From contig NC_058368.1 of NCBI RefSeq assembly GCF_018350175.1, positions 216,072,001-216,136,000 on the forward strand: a stretch of 64,000 bases of DNA, written 5' to 3'. Positions within the stretch are counted from its first letter, which is position 1. Each line of letters starts with the position of its first letter. Shown piece after piece: positions 38,503-52,552 of this stretch. The position numbers were made by a program, and so were the translations under genes. Source of the stretch: Felis catus (lineage: Eukaryota). The notes below the pieces were generated by a model. The model made no database searches. It was not told the DNA's origin and was given only the letters and a program-made list of their open reading frames with translations.

Positions 38503-40016
38503 AAGAATGAGCATGGGTTTTCTAAATGATAGAAGAGAGGAGCAATGAATTAGGCAGAAAACATGAGACGTAGATGTCAGTCGGGAAAACAACATGGAGG
38601 AATGTTATGTCTATGTGGCACAGAAGGTATAGAAGTGGTTCATGTTTTTTCTGGAAGATTAGAAAACACTTAGATGCTGTACAAAGAAATCCTCTGTCTC
38701 CAGTGGACAAGAGAGAGAGAAATGTATTAGACATGGAAATACATGATTGAATATAGACTTCAAATCAATTTTGAAAGCAGGATTCAGGAGGTTAGTCACT
38801 AGCCACAGGGAGAAAACATAAACACTGATACCGTGATTAGAAAAAAAAAGGGCAGAAATTTATATTTATATTCAACTTAACTTTTAGAAGCTGTAATAGT
38901 GGCCCAGGGAAAACAGGATGAAACCTGAACAAAAGCTGACACAACAGGCCACAAAGGAAGGTGTTGCCCTTGGAATATGTGAGATAATGGCCAATTATCT
39001 CTCCCTTCCTTTTTTATTTAAGAAAAAAGTTGAATAAAGAAAATGTCCACTTTTCCTGTGTGGTCGAATTGTGATATGTGCTATGAAAGCAAACCCCAGC
39101 TCACAGAATAATGGTCGGACTTCCGCCATTGGGCATAAATGGAGAAAGTCCCCTGCTGATTTGCAGCAGTTAATTCGTTGTGGTGTTTCTGAAATTTTGT
39201 CACAGAGCAAAATAGTTCTCGCTTGTTATCCATAAATTGTTTTAAATTTATTGTATTTGACAGGGATCACTTAATTGAGAATGGCAAGCGAGGTATTTTC
39301 TCTACCCTAAAACACATCTCCGTCTGTCATATTGTCTAATACACCGCCACCAGAATCACAAAGTTCAATCAATATTTTACAATCACCAGTTAAACTGTGA
39401 ATATTCCTAGAGGGTATAAAAACCTAAACTGTTTTACTTTTAGCAGGAATAAGATTACCATATATTTTGAACAATGATAGTGGAGTTAGAAGAAACACTT
39501 GGAGAACCAAGCATAAACTAAGCAAGTTATTAAAGACACACTGCCTGTTTGAAATTTTACTCGACTCCGACTCTGATCGTCATAACTGTTATCTTCAATA
39601 CGGTCTTTGCTTATATATATTTTGGCTTACTTAATGACATTCTCTCTATGTAAAAGTGGAGTGAAACTATGTTATAATACAATTGTGTTATAATACAATT
39701 GCCGGAGTAAATAATCTCACCTGAAATCACTTAACCAACTAGGTGAGAGGTATTAGATCTGTGGATATCTCTGATGTTGTCCAGGTGCTTCTAAATAAAC
39801 GCATGTACCAAAATCAAAGTTATAACAGCCATATCAGTTTAGAGATACTACATTCATACAGATAGATCAGTCACGGAAAGAAAGATGGACATTGATATTC
39901 ATATAAGATTTATCTATCATCTACATATATGTATACATATTTACAGCAGCAGATAGTACCAAAAATATTCTTTTCTCTTATCACTTATATCTGTTGTTCC
40001 TTGTGCTTATATTCTC

Positions 40017-40220
40017 TTTTTTTTTAAGTTTATTTATTTTTGAAAGAGAGAGAGAGCACGAGCAGGGGAGAGGCAGAGAGAGAGGGAGAGAGAGATTCCC
40101 AAGCAGGATCCATGCTGTCGGTGCAGAGCCCTACCAGGGGCTCATTCTCAGGAACCACGAGATCATGACCTGAGCAGAAATCAAGAGCCTGGTTCAGTCT
40201 GACTGAACCACCCAGGCACC
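40017..40220 (-). mobile_element. Can-SINE
   Basis: SINE body; TSD ttgtgcttatatt. Confidence 0.9.
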
Positions 40221-40275
40221 TTTTGTGCTTATATTTTCAGGGATTGAGTAATTTCCCCCAGATTAAAAGTCTCAA

Positions 40276-40500
40276 GGGGCGCCTGGGTGGCTCAGTCGGT
40301 TAAGCGTCCAACTTTGGCTCAGGTCATGATCTCACAGTTTGTGAGTTCGAGCCCCGCGTCGGGCTCTGGGCTGATGGCTCAGAGCCTGGAGCCTGCTTCA
40401 GATTCTGTGTCTCCCTCTCTCTCTGCCCCTCCCCTGTTCATGTTCTGTCTCTCTCTGTCTCAAAAATAAATAAAACATTATTTTTTTTTAAATAAAAATA
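40276..40500 (+). mobile_element. Can-SINE
   Basis: SINE body; TSD taaaagtctc. Confidence 0.92.
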
Positions 40501-40547
40501 AAAGTCTCTAGAATGATGGGCAGAATGAGAATTTATATCAAGGCATT

Positions 40548-40768
40548 TTTTTTTAATTTTTTTTTTCAACGTTTATTTATTTTTGGGACAGAGAGAGACA
40601 GAGCATGAACGGGGGAGGGGCAGAGAGAGATGGAGACACAGAATCGGAAACAGGCTCCAGGCTCCGAGCCATCAGCCCAGAGCCCGACGTGGGGCTCGAA
40701 CTCACGGACACGAGATCGTGACCTGGCTGAAGTCGGACGCTTAACCGACTGCGCCACCCAGGCGCCCC
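40548..40768 (-). mobile_element. Young felid SINE (SINEC_Fc)
   Basis: Near-consensus; TSD tatatcaaggcatttt. Confidence 0.95.
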
Positions 40769-41490
40769 TATATCAAGGCATTTTGACTCCAGAGGTAAAA
40801 TGTCAATTTGGAGTACATAAAGAGGAATTTTTTTGTGGGAACTCAAATAACCTGCTGTTTTACTACAAGAGCATTTTAAGTCCTCTTGTATAGTGATAGA
40901 AACACTTTCAACCTTTTACCGAGCATTTGTATTAAAAAAAAAGGTAAATAATAAGTGATCATGAAATTAGAATGAGAGGAAATGATATTCCTAGAGAGGA
41001 CTCACACACAGTAAAATGTTGTAAAGAAAGAAGAAAATCAATTCAAAACTCTTTTCTGTTGTCCTTAATTTTTTTTCTTTTCCATTTTTAAAACTGTGGC
41101 ACAGAAATAAGGCAGGAGCTGGATAAAAAAGCACGTTGATAAACCTTCCTCAAGTTCAGCAAGTACATTTGGAATAGAAAACACATAAGTAAAAATGAAG
41201 TTTTTACACCTTTGCTATGCCTAAAAGACATTTTTATAATACATCTTTTTATTTTTATAATTTTATTCATTTTGATTTTTATAAAACTATATAATTCCAA
41301 TATTTTCTTTAGCTTACTATGCCCTAGATCAATCAATTATGAATTTCTGTTGATATATTTAGACTCAAACTCCTTCCCTTCATACTCATTTGTTTCAACC
41401 ACCTTTCGTAAGCCTCTTAACTTATTTTCATCATTGTAATAGCCTATTAACTGGCTTTATCAGAAACTAATGACTCTCTACCCTTAATCC

Positions 41491-41865
41491 ATGCTGTCTC
41501 TACCCTTGCACTACTGACATTTTTTTTTTAATTTTTTTTTACACTTATTTATTTTTTAGAAACAGAGTGAGACAAAGCATGAGCGGGGGAGGGGCAGAGA
41601 ACGGAGACACGGAATCCGAAGCAGGTTCCAGGCTCTGAGTGAACGATCTGCACAGAGCCTGATGCAGGGCTTGAACCCACGAACCATGAGATCATGACCT
41701 GAGCCGAAGTCGGATGCTCAACTCACTGAGCCCCCCAGGCGCCCCACTACTGACATTTTAGATGACATAATTTCTTGTGCTTGCAGAAGTCTATCCCATA
41801 CAATGTAGGATCTTTAGTAGCATCTGTGGCCTCTACTCATGAGATACCAACAGCATTGTCTCCAT
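41491..41865. mobile_element. MER20-like hAT transposon split by a SINE
   Basis: cactactgacatttt..ataatttcttg..tgtaggatctttagtagcatctgtggcctctactc. Confidence 0.7.
41521..41745 (-). mobile_element. Can-SINE
   Basis: SINE body; TSD cactactgacatttt. Confidence 0.92.
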
Positions 41866-42181
41866 TGAGAAATAACATTCTAATTCAATATTCACATTGC
41901 AACTGGGAATATCTTTAAGAATGCAGAGTTGATTATATCACTTCCTAAGGGTTTTCTACATTTTCCAATCAAATTTCTAAATCTGTGACCCTGGAATAAA
42001 AAGCTTTTCATGACTTTGTGTATCTCTTCAGCCATCTCTCTCATTATGGTGTATCCCATCCTCCATTTGCATCTCGCTGCACAGCAGACAATCTCTTTCT
42101 CTCCAGTAGTCCTTTTCACTTCTTCCCTCAGGACCTTTTAGCTTCCTCCTCCCTCTCCAGAAACTTGTTTACTTACAACAC

Positions 42182-42540
42182 TTTTTTTTTAAAAGATTTT
42201 ATTTAAATTCCAGTCAGTTAACATATAGTGTAATATTAGTTTCAGGTGCACAATATAGTGATTCAATACTTGCATACAATACCCAGTGTTCATCACACTC
42301 TCTTCATCCCCATCACCTATTTAACCCATTTCCCCATACTCCTCCCCTCTGGCAACCCTTAGTTTGTTCTCTATAGTTACCTGTCCGTTTCTTGTTGTGC
42401 CTTTCTCTCTCTTTTTTTCCCCTTTGCTCATTTGTTTTGTTTCTTAAATTCCGCATATGAGTGAAATCATATAGTATTGACTTTTTTCGGACAGACTGAT
42501 TTCACTTAGCATAATACTCTCAAACTCCATCCATGTCCTT
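42182..42540 (-). mobile_element. Carnivore L1 3' end, 5'-truncated
   Basis: atattagtttcaggtgcacaatatagtgattc...catatgagtgaaatcata...tttcacttagcataatac. Confidence 0.88.
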
Positions 42541-42976
42541 GGATTAAATCCAACTAAACCTCAGACACTATTGAGTTGGACATCATTTTTTCTTGATCGA
42601 ATTCTTGTGTATCTCAGGCCAATTAGGTACTTCCTGCTTGTTTGGAAACATTTTGTGCTGTGATTAGCATATATTTTTTTAACTCTTCTCATCTTTCAAA
42701 GGGACTTATGAAGCTCTCTCAGGATGGGGAAGGTGGGGGAGTCATTGTTTTTCTGCCCAGCATTCAGCACAGTTCAAATATATTGAAATAATGTCAGTCA
42801 GATATGCTATATTTTGGAACCCTCCAGATTTGTAACAGAATGAAGCATAGTTAAGCAGCAGCAAAATTATTCATTTTACTTATTAAAACATACATTAGGG
42901 TTTTAGTCTCTCTTACAAACAATCCTCTTAGATTCTTTTATAAGATCATTGTTCACTTTAAAAATCAAAGTAAACT

Positions 42977-43208
42977 GGGTCACCTGAGCGGCTCAATCAC
43001 TTGAGTGTCTAACTCTTGATTTTGGCTCAGGTCATGATCTCATTGTTTGTGAGATCAGGCCCCACGTGGGTCTCTGCATTGACAGCACAAAGCCTACTTG
43101 GGATTCTCTCTCTCCCCTCCCCCATGCACCTGTTTTCTCTTGCTCTCTCTCTCTCTCTCTCTCTCAAACTAACTAAATAAATATTTAAAAAATAAGTAAA
43201 ATAAAAAA
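42977..43208 (+). mobile_element. Can-SINE
   Basis: SINE body; TSD caaagtaaac. Confidence 0.88.
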
Positions 43209-43911
43209 CAAAGTAAACCCATACAAAAAGAGAGAAAGAGAGACATTGAAAGAGGAGGAAGAGAATGAGAAAGGGAGAGAGAGAAGGAAATTATGTACCA
43301 GAGATATAATTATTGAAATTCTACAATAGGAATTCAAACCAAGAGCCCTTGAATTCCCATCTGATGTCATGACACAAGGACCATTCCAGACTGTGCATTT
43401 TCTCTTAATTGGCCCCTCATTTATTAGTTATTTCAGTTAATTAGAAATAGGCTTATGCACACTTTTATTGTTATATTTAAGTCATACATCCTCCTCTTCC
43501 ACTTAAGTCTGTAGACCCTGCAAGACCGGGTCTGTCAGAGGCTTTTTGTTCATCTTTAACCAACCAAACTAAAAGCTTGATAATGGCAACAATATATACT
43601 CAACGTTCACTTTTATTTTTCTCCATAAGACAATAAAGGTTGAAATTTTTCCATTAAAATCAATCTGAAAAGACTATCTTTTTCAAAGCAACAATATAAA
43701 TCATTTTCTTGTGAGGTGATTTCATCTCTTGGCAATAATGTTTTTCCTAGTCAGAAAAATATCCACAACACTCTACTTTTATTGTTTTACTGTTTTTAGT
43801 TTCTACAAAGACTTCAGTAAATCATATACTTTAAATATGAAAGCAGCTTACTGACAATTTAAACTTGCCGCTTTTAAAAATACATATTTTAGTTGAATAA
43901 GACATTATTTT

Positions 43912-44121
43912 ATTTATTTATTTTTTTAGCGTTTATTTATTTTTGAGACAGAGACAAAGCATGAACGGGGGAGGGTCGGAGAGAGGGAGACACAGAATCT
44001 GAAACAGGCTCCAGGCTCTGAGCTGTCAGCACAGAGCCCCACGCGGGGCTCAAACTCACGGACCGGGAGATCATGACCTGGGCCGAAGTCGGCTTAACCG
44101 ACTGAGCCACCCAGGTGCCCC
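43912..44121 (-). mobile_element. Can-SINE
   Basis: SINE body; TSD gaataagacattatttta. Confidence 0.92.
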
Positions 44122-44569
44122 GGAATAAGACATTATTTTATAAACATAAATATTCCTATCATAAAAATTACTAGGACTATTTTAACAAACTCATAAATAT
44201 AAAAGCCTATTAAAAGGACCGTATTAAGTGGATACAATAAATACTTTTGTTTATCAAATAAATAATACAATTAGTATTTTGAGTTTATTAAACAATCAGC
44301 TTTTAAGCAGTCCAAATTATCACATTCAATTATCACTGCAAAGAACTCTGTTTATGCATATTTTAAGTACCAAAATATGTATCTTATGCAAAATAGGATC
44401 TCATTCAAGATACTGTTTCTAATATTGACAATAGAGCTTATGAACACAGGTTTGTCACTTTTAGCATTTGCCCTCTCTAGTAATAAATATCTTCAGTTTT
44501 TGATATATCTTTCCAGATTTTGTGTGCAAGGATTTGTAAGTGTCTTACCTATAAACGTCTCATATCACT

Positions 44570-45065
44570 TGTGATAACACCAAAAGAAGTTACCCAAAGA
44601 TAGCAGGAATTATCCTGGAATCTGTAAATGTTCCCTTCGTTGGAAAAAGACTCTTTGCAGCTGTATATTAAATTAAGGATCTTCAGATGGGGAAATATTG
44701 TGATTCTCTACGTAGGCCCTAAATGCAAACACTTGTATCTTTATGAGAGAGACGCAGAGGGATATTTGACACACGAAAGGGGAAAGTAATTGGTAGATGA
44801 GCAGAGAGAGATGCGAAGATGCTGGTGTTTGAAATTTAGTGATACAGCCACAGGACAATGCCAACAGCCACCTGAAGTAGGAGGCAGCAAGGAATGGATT
44901 CTTCTCGAGAGCCTCTGGAGGAAATGTGCCCGCTCACACCTTGATTTTGCCTCAGTGATAGTTTCTTTGTACGTCTGGCTCCACTGTGAGAGAATGAATT
45001 AATGCTGTTTTTAAGCCACCAAGCTTGTGATAATTTCCTATAGCAGCTACATGACTCAAAATACA
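44570..45065 (+). mobile_element. MaLR solo LTR (MLT1D-like)
   Basis: aattaaggatctt...gccctaaatgcaaacac...gaggcagcaaggaatggattct...ttttaagccaccaag...tagcagc...aataca. Confidence 0.85.
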
Positions 45066-45152
45066 CTGTTGATAGGATCTAAAATTTGCTTTAATAACAA
45101 ATTATATTGGGGGGCATATTTAAGTTGGTGCTATAGAGTTCTTATCCTTATA

Positions 45153-45372
45153 TTCTAAAAAATGTTTGTCTATTTATTTTGAGAGATAGTGAGTGCACAC
45201 ATGTGAGCTGGAGGGGTGGGGGGCAGAGAGAGAAGGGAAAGAGAATCCCAAGCAGGTTCTGCACTGTCAGCATGGAGCCCGAAGTAGGGCTCAATTCCCC
45301 ACAAGCCATGAGATCATGACCTGAGCTGAAATCAAGAGTCCAAGGTTCAACTGACTGAGCCTCCCAGGTGGT
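45153..45372 (-). mobile_element. Can-SINE
   Basis: SINE body. Confidence 0.88.
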
Positions 45373-47599
45373 CTGAGTTTTTTATCCTTTTTAAGAATTG
45401 TATAATATAAAAATACACATTTCTACACATTTTTATTGAGTGTGCAATAATTTCATTGAAGATTTCTTAAGCATGAATTGCTTAAGATTCAAGCTTTCTT
45501 TGTAATTTGATGAAATCTGCCTAGTTGGTAACTAAAACTATGGTAACAGTTTACATTTCCAACAGATACCTTTTTCTTGAAAATAGTTTAAAAAATCAGC
45601 ATAATTAGTTTTGAGAGAAAAAAATGTTATTTTACTATAGTATGCATTTTGAAACAAATGAAGCTTCCTTGTTTTTTGTTTATTGGCAATATCTATAATT
45701 TATTGAAATAAATAATGACAATAAGGATAGAAAACACAACATTTATCTCTCTAGCAAAATAACTATTATTAATCATATTTATTGAGAAATAATTTAAGTA
45801 CAAATATTAACCAATTTTTAGTTTATAAATTGAAGAGTTTTGATTGGCATATATATGGTCCTTTAATGACCATCAGAATCATAACATAGACAATTTCTAT
45901 TACTTTCAAACTTCCTTCTATCTTCTTCTAGTCAATAATTCTCTTTATCACTCAATACAAACTAATTCTTTTCTTTGTTAGGTATTACAATTTTGAACCA
46001 CACACTCTCATGAACTTTGTATATATATTATATATATAAAGTATAAAAGTTACATATATTATGTATGAAATCAGGTATTTCATTTTTGTATAAAGATATT
46101 AAAATCTGTGTATTGTACTTTAAGATAATTCAAATGGAAAAAAAACATTATAAATTATCCCGTGGTGTTTCTAAAACAACTGAAAAAAATTCTTAGATTT
46201 TTGTCATGTGGCTGGAACCAAACTGAGGAGAAAGAGAAATCATCATCCTGTTTTTTTTTTTTTTTTGTAATTCTCAAAGGTATATAAAATAAAATAAAAT
46301 TTAATATGAGACTTGAACTTTGTGTTTTACATTGAAGTATTAAGGATTTTCAGGGCTTTGCTGTATAATGTTGATGGCACATACACAAGTGTGATTATAC
46401 ACAGAAATAAGCTTTAAAGACAATTGCAATAAAATATTGATAACAATAGAAAAAAGTTCCCAAGTAATGCCCAAGGCTAAAGACCAATAGAATCAACAAG
46501 TAATTGACAGTTTTTCCATCCCAAGGCTCTAAATTTCCAACACTTGCTTGAGGAAATTGTTGTTTTTCTATAATATCTCTTCTACTCCTGTTGTAAAAGT
46601 GAGAACTTTCATTTTTAGATGTTCTCTAAATTAAGTCATTGTAAAAACATAATGGCAGAGAATAGAAAGGGTACATTTTAATGAAATTGCTTGCCAAGTT
46701 GAAATACATACAAACTTAATTTTAACAAGAAATACAATAGTCTACATATTTATTTTTTCAATATTACGTAAACTTGTGTGTGCTATATGTTCATATGTAT
46801 ATATATGTTGCCTACACATATACATACATGCAACACAAATATACACATATACATATATATGTGAGTATATATAATTGGGTATATATAAAACCTACATAGG
46901 TATTGCTGTTTAAAGGATATTAAATATCTGCCTGAGCGTTTAAGGTACTTTTTAATCATAGACACAAAAGAATAATTTTTCCTTTAATTTCCATACACTT
47001 TCCCATCAATCCTATAAAATTTGGTGAGAGAAATCTTTAATTCTTGTTAGCACAAAAAGCTTTTGTTTAAACTATACATCACACTTGTTTTTGTTCTTGC
47101 TTTATTTTTGTTTTCCTCTGAATATTCTATTGACCATTTAAATAAATTATACCTCTTTATTTTTCTGGGTCCATTAATTAAGTATATAATAATATTTTAA
47201 ACATTTTATAAATGACTCTCAATAGATTTAATACTGTTCTTCCAGTTTTGTATGTCCTTTAACATAGTGCTCTTCTCATATCACTCTAGAAAAACTAATT
47301 TTCCAAAATGTACTGGAGTGCTGTATCTACATACAAATCAAGTTTAGAAATCTATCATTATTTTGCTTTCTTAGAGATGAAAAGTCTTCCTAATTCAACA
47401 TTATTATTTTGGTATATTTGGAAACTCTTCCCTTTAGATCTGTATATTTTTGAAGAAGATATTTTTAAAAAAAATTTTGAACAAAATCTCGATTTTAAGA
47501 GCCACCAATGAAACTTGGGATGAATAGTATATTAATTCAAAAGAAAATGTTAATCTCACAACACCAATTCAGTTTGAGTGCTATGCCCAGGCCCATTCT

Positions 47600-47634
47600 A
47601 AAGAGAAAAAAAGAAAAAGAAAACAGAAGGAAAG

Positions 47635-47676
<42 letters not shown>

Positions 47677-47882
47677 TCATGAAATAACTAAAGACATGGA
47701 TAAATTGGGGTAATGAGGACTTGTCTGGGTATTGGCCTTAGAGCCAGAAGGAAGTGTTTGGGGCAAAGGAAAGGAAAGGAAAGGAAAGAAAATGAAAGGG
47801 AGGGGAAAGGAAGGGGAAAGGGAGGGGAGGGAAGGGCAGGGCAGGGCAATGCAAGGCAAGGCAAAGCAAGGCAAGGAAAGAA
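47600..47882. repeat. (GAAA)n and (GGAAA/GGCAA)n purine-rich repeats
   Basis: Directly visible; resumes at 49485-49600. Confidence 0.85.
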
Positions 47883-48071
47883 GGCGCCAGGGTGGCTCAG
47901 TTGGTTAAGCGTCTGACTCTTGATTTCAGCTCAAGTCACCATCTTAATGGTTCATGAAATCAAGTGCCACATCGGGTTCTACACTAAGAGCAGAGCCTGT
48001 TTGGGATTCTCTCTCTCCCTCTTTTTCTGCCCCTCCCCTGCTCTCTCTCTCTCTCTCTCTCTGTCAAAATG
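47883..48071 (+). mobile_element. Can-SINE whose tail is interrupted by L1
   Basis: SINE body and (CT)n; tail continues after 49483. Confidence 0.88.
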
Positions 48072-48085
48072 AATATGAATATTTT

Positions 48086-49469
48086 TTTCAATATATGAAA
48101 TTTATTGTCAAATTGGTTTCCATACAACACCCAGTGCTCATCCCAAAAGGTGCCCTCCTCAATACCCATCACCCACCCTCCCCTCCCTCCCACCCCCCAT
48201 CAACCCTCAGTTTGTTCTCAGTTTTTAACAGTCTCTTATGCTTTGGCTCTCTCGCACTCTAACCTCTTTTTTTTTTTTTTTCCTTCCCCTCCTCCATGGG
48301 TTCCTGTTAAGTTTCTCAAGATCCACATAAGAGTGAAACCATATGGTATCTGTCTTTCTCTGTATGGCTTATTTCACTTAGCATCACACTCTCCAGTTCC
48401 ATCCACGTTGCTACAAAAGGCCATATTTCATTCTTTCTCATTGCCACGTAGTATTCCATTGTGTATATAAACCACAATTTCTTTATCCATTCATCAGTTG
48501 ATGGACATTTAGGCTCTTTCCATAATTTGGCTATTGTTGAGAGTGCTGCTATAAACATTGGGGTACAAGTGCCCCTATGCATCAGTACTCCTGTATCCCT
48601 TGGGTAAATTCCTAACAGTGCTATTACTGGGTCATAGGGTAGGTCTATTTTTAATTTTCTGAGGAACCTCCACACTGCTTTCCAGAGTGGCTGCACCAAT
48701 TTGCATTCCCACCAACAGTGCAAGAGGGTTCCCATTTCTCCACATCCTCTCCAGCATCTATAGTCTCCTGATTTGTTCATTTTGGCCACTCTGACTGGCG
48801 TGAGGTGATATCTGAGTGTGGTTTTGATTTGTATTTCCCTGATAAGGAGTGACGTTGAACATCTTTTCATGTGCCTGTTGACCATCTGGATGTCTGCTTT
48901 AGAGAAGTGTCTATTCATGTTTTCTGCCCATTTCTTCACTGGATTATTTGTTTTTCCGGTGTGGAGTTTGGTGAGCTCTTTATAGATTTTGGATACTAGC
49001 CCTTTGTCCGATATGTCATTTGCAAATATCTTTTCCCATTCCGTTGGTTGCCTTTTAGTTTTGTTGGTTGTTTCCTTTGCTGTGCAGAAGCTTTTTATCT
49101 TCATAAGGTCCCAGTAATTCATTTTTGCTTTTAATTCCCTTGCCTTTGGGGATGTGTCGAGTAAGAGATTGCTACGGCTGAGGTCAAAGAGGTCTTTTCC
49201 TGCTTTCTCCTCTAGGGTTTTGATGGTTTCCTGTCTCACATTCAGGTCCTTTATCCATTTTGAGTTTATTTTTGTGAATGGTGTGAGAAAGTGGTCTAGT
49301 TTCAACCTTCTGCATGTTGCTGTCCAGTTCTCCCAGCACCATTTGTTAAAGAGGCTGTCTTTTTTCCATTGGATGTTCTTTCCTGCTTTGTCAAAGATGA
49401 GTTGGCCATACGTTTGTGGGTCTAGTTCCGGGGGTTCTATTCTATTCCATTGGTCTATGTGTCTGTTTT
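48086..49469 (-). mobile_element. Young 5'-truncated felid LINE-1 (L1_Fc-like), ORF2 C-terminus plus 3'UTR
   Basis: Reading frame open from the 5' junction to the stop at 48316, includes CCHC motif CWRGC..HCWWEC; perfect TSD aatatgaatatttt at 48072-48085 and 49470-49483. Confidence 0.97.
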
Positions 49470-49905
49470 AATATGAATATTTTAAGGGAAAGAAGAGAAA
49501 AGAAAAAAGAAAAAAAAAGGAAAAGAAAAGAAAAGGAAAGAAAAGAAAACTGAGGATTAGAGATAGACCAGAAAGAAGAGAAAAGAAAACAAAATGATAA
49601 TTCTATAGTAATTTGCAACAGATTCAGTAACTACTACCTAAATTTGTCATGAAATCTGGATTTTTCTGACTCTAAATTTTATATTTAGACTCTGACACAA
49701 GCTGGGCATTGTTAAATATCTAGTGCAAAATTATAACATAGATCCTTGAATTAAACATACCAGAAAATTCATGTGTCTGCCCCTGTTCCTATTTTTGCTC
49801 TTCTTTTCACTACCACTCTCAGGTCTTCTCACCCTGTCACAGATAACACTGTATTTTATCGTCAATACTCTCTCTAGAGTGGATAATTCTCATGTCCATC
49901 TTAAT

Positions 49906-49937
<32 letters not shown>

Positions 49938-52333
49938 AGTTTTATTTTTCCCTGACTCCTATCACTTAAGCCACTCACTACTTTTTGCAAGTCTCCCCAA
50001 ACAACATCTCTGAGGATTTTCTCCCACCTGCTCTCTCTCCTGCCTGACACCTAATCACAGTTCAACACACTGCAATGTAAATTTCATTCTTTCCAAGCGA
50101 TTCACTAAAACTACTCCTTCCAGTGTCACCAAAGACTTCCGGTGGCTATATCCTTTTGAAATTTGCAATCGGATTATCTTGACCTACTATATGAAACCTT
50201 TTTCTGACTTACTTTCTTTATCTTAGAATAAAGTCTAAGCTCCTCGTCAGAACCCAGAAGGGATAGGAGCTTTCTTTTAACCTACTTTGCATCTCATTTC
50301 ATTCTTCCACTTGCTCACTCAAAGCCACCAAGCTGACATCCATTGTATTGCCTCAAAATTCTGGAATCAGGAAGTTTAAAAAAATGTTCATGTTATTGCC
50401 AAAGGTGGAATGAGTTTCATTTTACTCTATTTTTATCCAGTTATCAAAGTTTAGGAAGATTTGGAATCTTTTTTTTTTTTTTTACCCTCCAATTCCTTAG
50501 TACAGTTTTAACTTAGAGGGATGCCACTGCCATTTTATAGTGACATACTCCACACTTGAAAAGGGAATGAACCAAACCTACCCATGAAAAATAATTGTGC
50601 TAGTGGGATTTTCACTAAAACTTAGATATTTCAAATTTGCCAAAATTCAGAGAACAGGTATTATTTTAAAAGAAGAACAATTAAGAAATAATATTTTCCA
50701 TAAATGTCATTTAAAGAAATAAAGTGGGATGATGATGATGGTGATGGTGGTGATATTTATATTCTGTCTTTTCCAGTTGTGAGTAACAACTTATGAGGAG
50801 TAAGATATTGATATGAATAAAATATTTACATACCAAAGATGGTGAAGTGCCCAATATTAGGGTGTCTAAAATTTCTATTGGTGATTGGATTTTTATATAA
50901 ACTGTTTCATCCCTTAGATGGCTATAGTAAATCTAAACCCTGGCAAAAGCATTTTAAGAAAGAAAGTTTCTTCTACTAATTAGAGGTCAAGCCACACAAT
51001 CCTGTAGAACTATGTTATTCCTAGGTGGGCAGATGTAGTTGAAAGATTGATGTACTTGGACTTGAGTGCTTCTTTTAGTCCTGAATCAGCCAGTTTTTAG
51101 CTATGTTTTATGACTTTGGACATCACCTCTCTCATCTTCAGATGCTTTATCTACGAAAGCTAGAAAAATAATGTATGCCTTAAGTCTCTTAGTCACTTAA
51201 TAGAAAGATCAAAGCATCATCCAATTTACCTAGTAGTGTAGAGCTTTATAAAAGTAATTCATTTTCTTTTAATAACAGTGTATGAGTAAGCAATGTTCTT
51301 TGTTCTTACAGATTAAATAATATGTGACTATGTAGTAGGCACTGTGCGTGGCTCAGAGAGATGATGGTAATACCAGATATTTTCTGGACTTTTGTTGTGG
51401 AGACTGGTGAGCGTATTGGCACTGAGATACTTTCCCTTAGCTTTACTATAATATCTGAGACAAACAATGAAAAGATTTACCTGGGATCAAGAACTTTCTT
51501 ATAGTTTGTGTAGATGTGGTTTTCAGATGTCTCTTTTGAAGATCAAGGGAGTCTTGGATTTAAGGCCTTTACTCCATTTCAAGCTGGTGGGAAGTCTACA
51601 TGTGCACTTAGATTTTACTTTACAACTGTAAATGAATAACTTTTGTTTTTTTAGAGTTACAAACCAACCTCTGAGTTTAATGTTGACATAGCTAGCCAAG
51701 ACATAGTCTAATACATAGTGAAGAAAACAGAAAAGCAAAAAATTACACTCTTTAATATCATATATTGGATGTTATGATCCTCCTTTTTCTCTTCCAGGTT
51801 TGTTGATCTGAGTAAAAAAAAGCACTGTAACAGAATGAATTCATCAAGACAAAGAATTATCACAACATGATCAATTCTTTTCCTTCTTATTTGCAATCCA
51901 TTCTTAAATTTTGTTGAATATCATGTGAATCCACTGAATTTTCTCCTTCTCCAATGTCATCCTTCCTGCCCAAATCACCATCTCTCATGATGAGACCAAT
52001 ATTATCTTAACAGTCTTACTACATGTTTTCTTGCATCTATAAAATTCATTATATATTAATAATCAGAATCATATTTTTTAAACATGAAGTGTCCCATGGA
52101 CATTCTCCACAGAGACACAACCATAACTGACAAAAAAAATATAAAAGTCAAGCAACTAAAAAAGCATTTAAGGGAAGCTACTACAAAAAACTTAAAAGGA
52201 AATATTATTGATATGCAAAGAGTGAATAAAAAAATCAATTCATGTAAAGTACTCCAAGCAGAGAAGGGAAAATGAGGGGACAATAATAATAATAATAAGA
52301 AGAAGAAGAAGAAGAAATAAAGAACAGATACAA

Positions 52334-52552
52334 TTTTATTTATTTTTAAAGTTTATTTATTTATTTTGAGAGAAAGAGAGACAGAGCGTGAGTCTGAAGG
52401 AGAGCAGAGGGAAAGGGTGAGAGAGGGAATCTCAAGGTGTCTCCTCACAGTGAGGAGCCTGATGCAAGGTTTGAACTCATGAACTATGAGATCATGACCT
52501 GAGTTGGAATCAAGAGTCAGATGCTTAACCGACTGAGCCACCCAGGCACCCC
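52334..52552 (-). mobile_element. Can-SINE
   Basis: SINE body. Confidence 0.9.

Noticed and set aside
39670..39702. 16-bp tandem repeat tgttataatacaattg
   Set aside because: Ordinary short slippage duplication with no further structure.
48316..49305. 329-aa ORF as a host gene
   Set aside because: It is the C-terminal part of LINE-1 ORF2 in a 5'-truncated insertion with TSDs.
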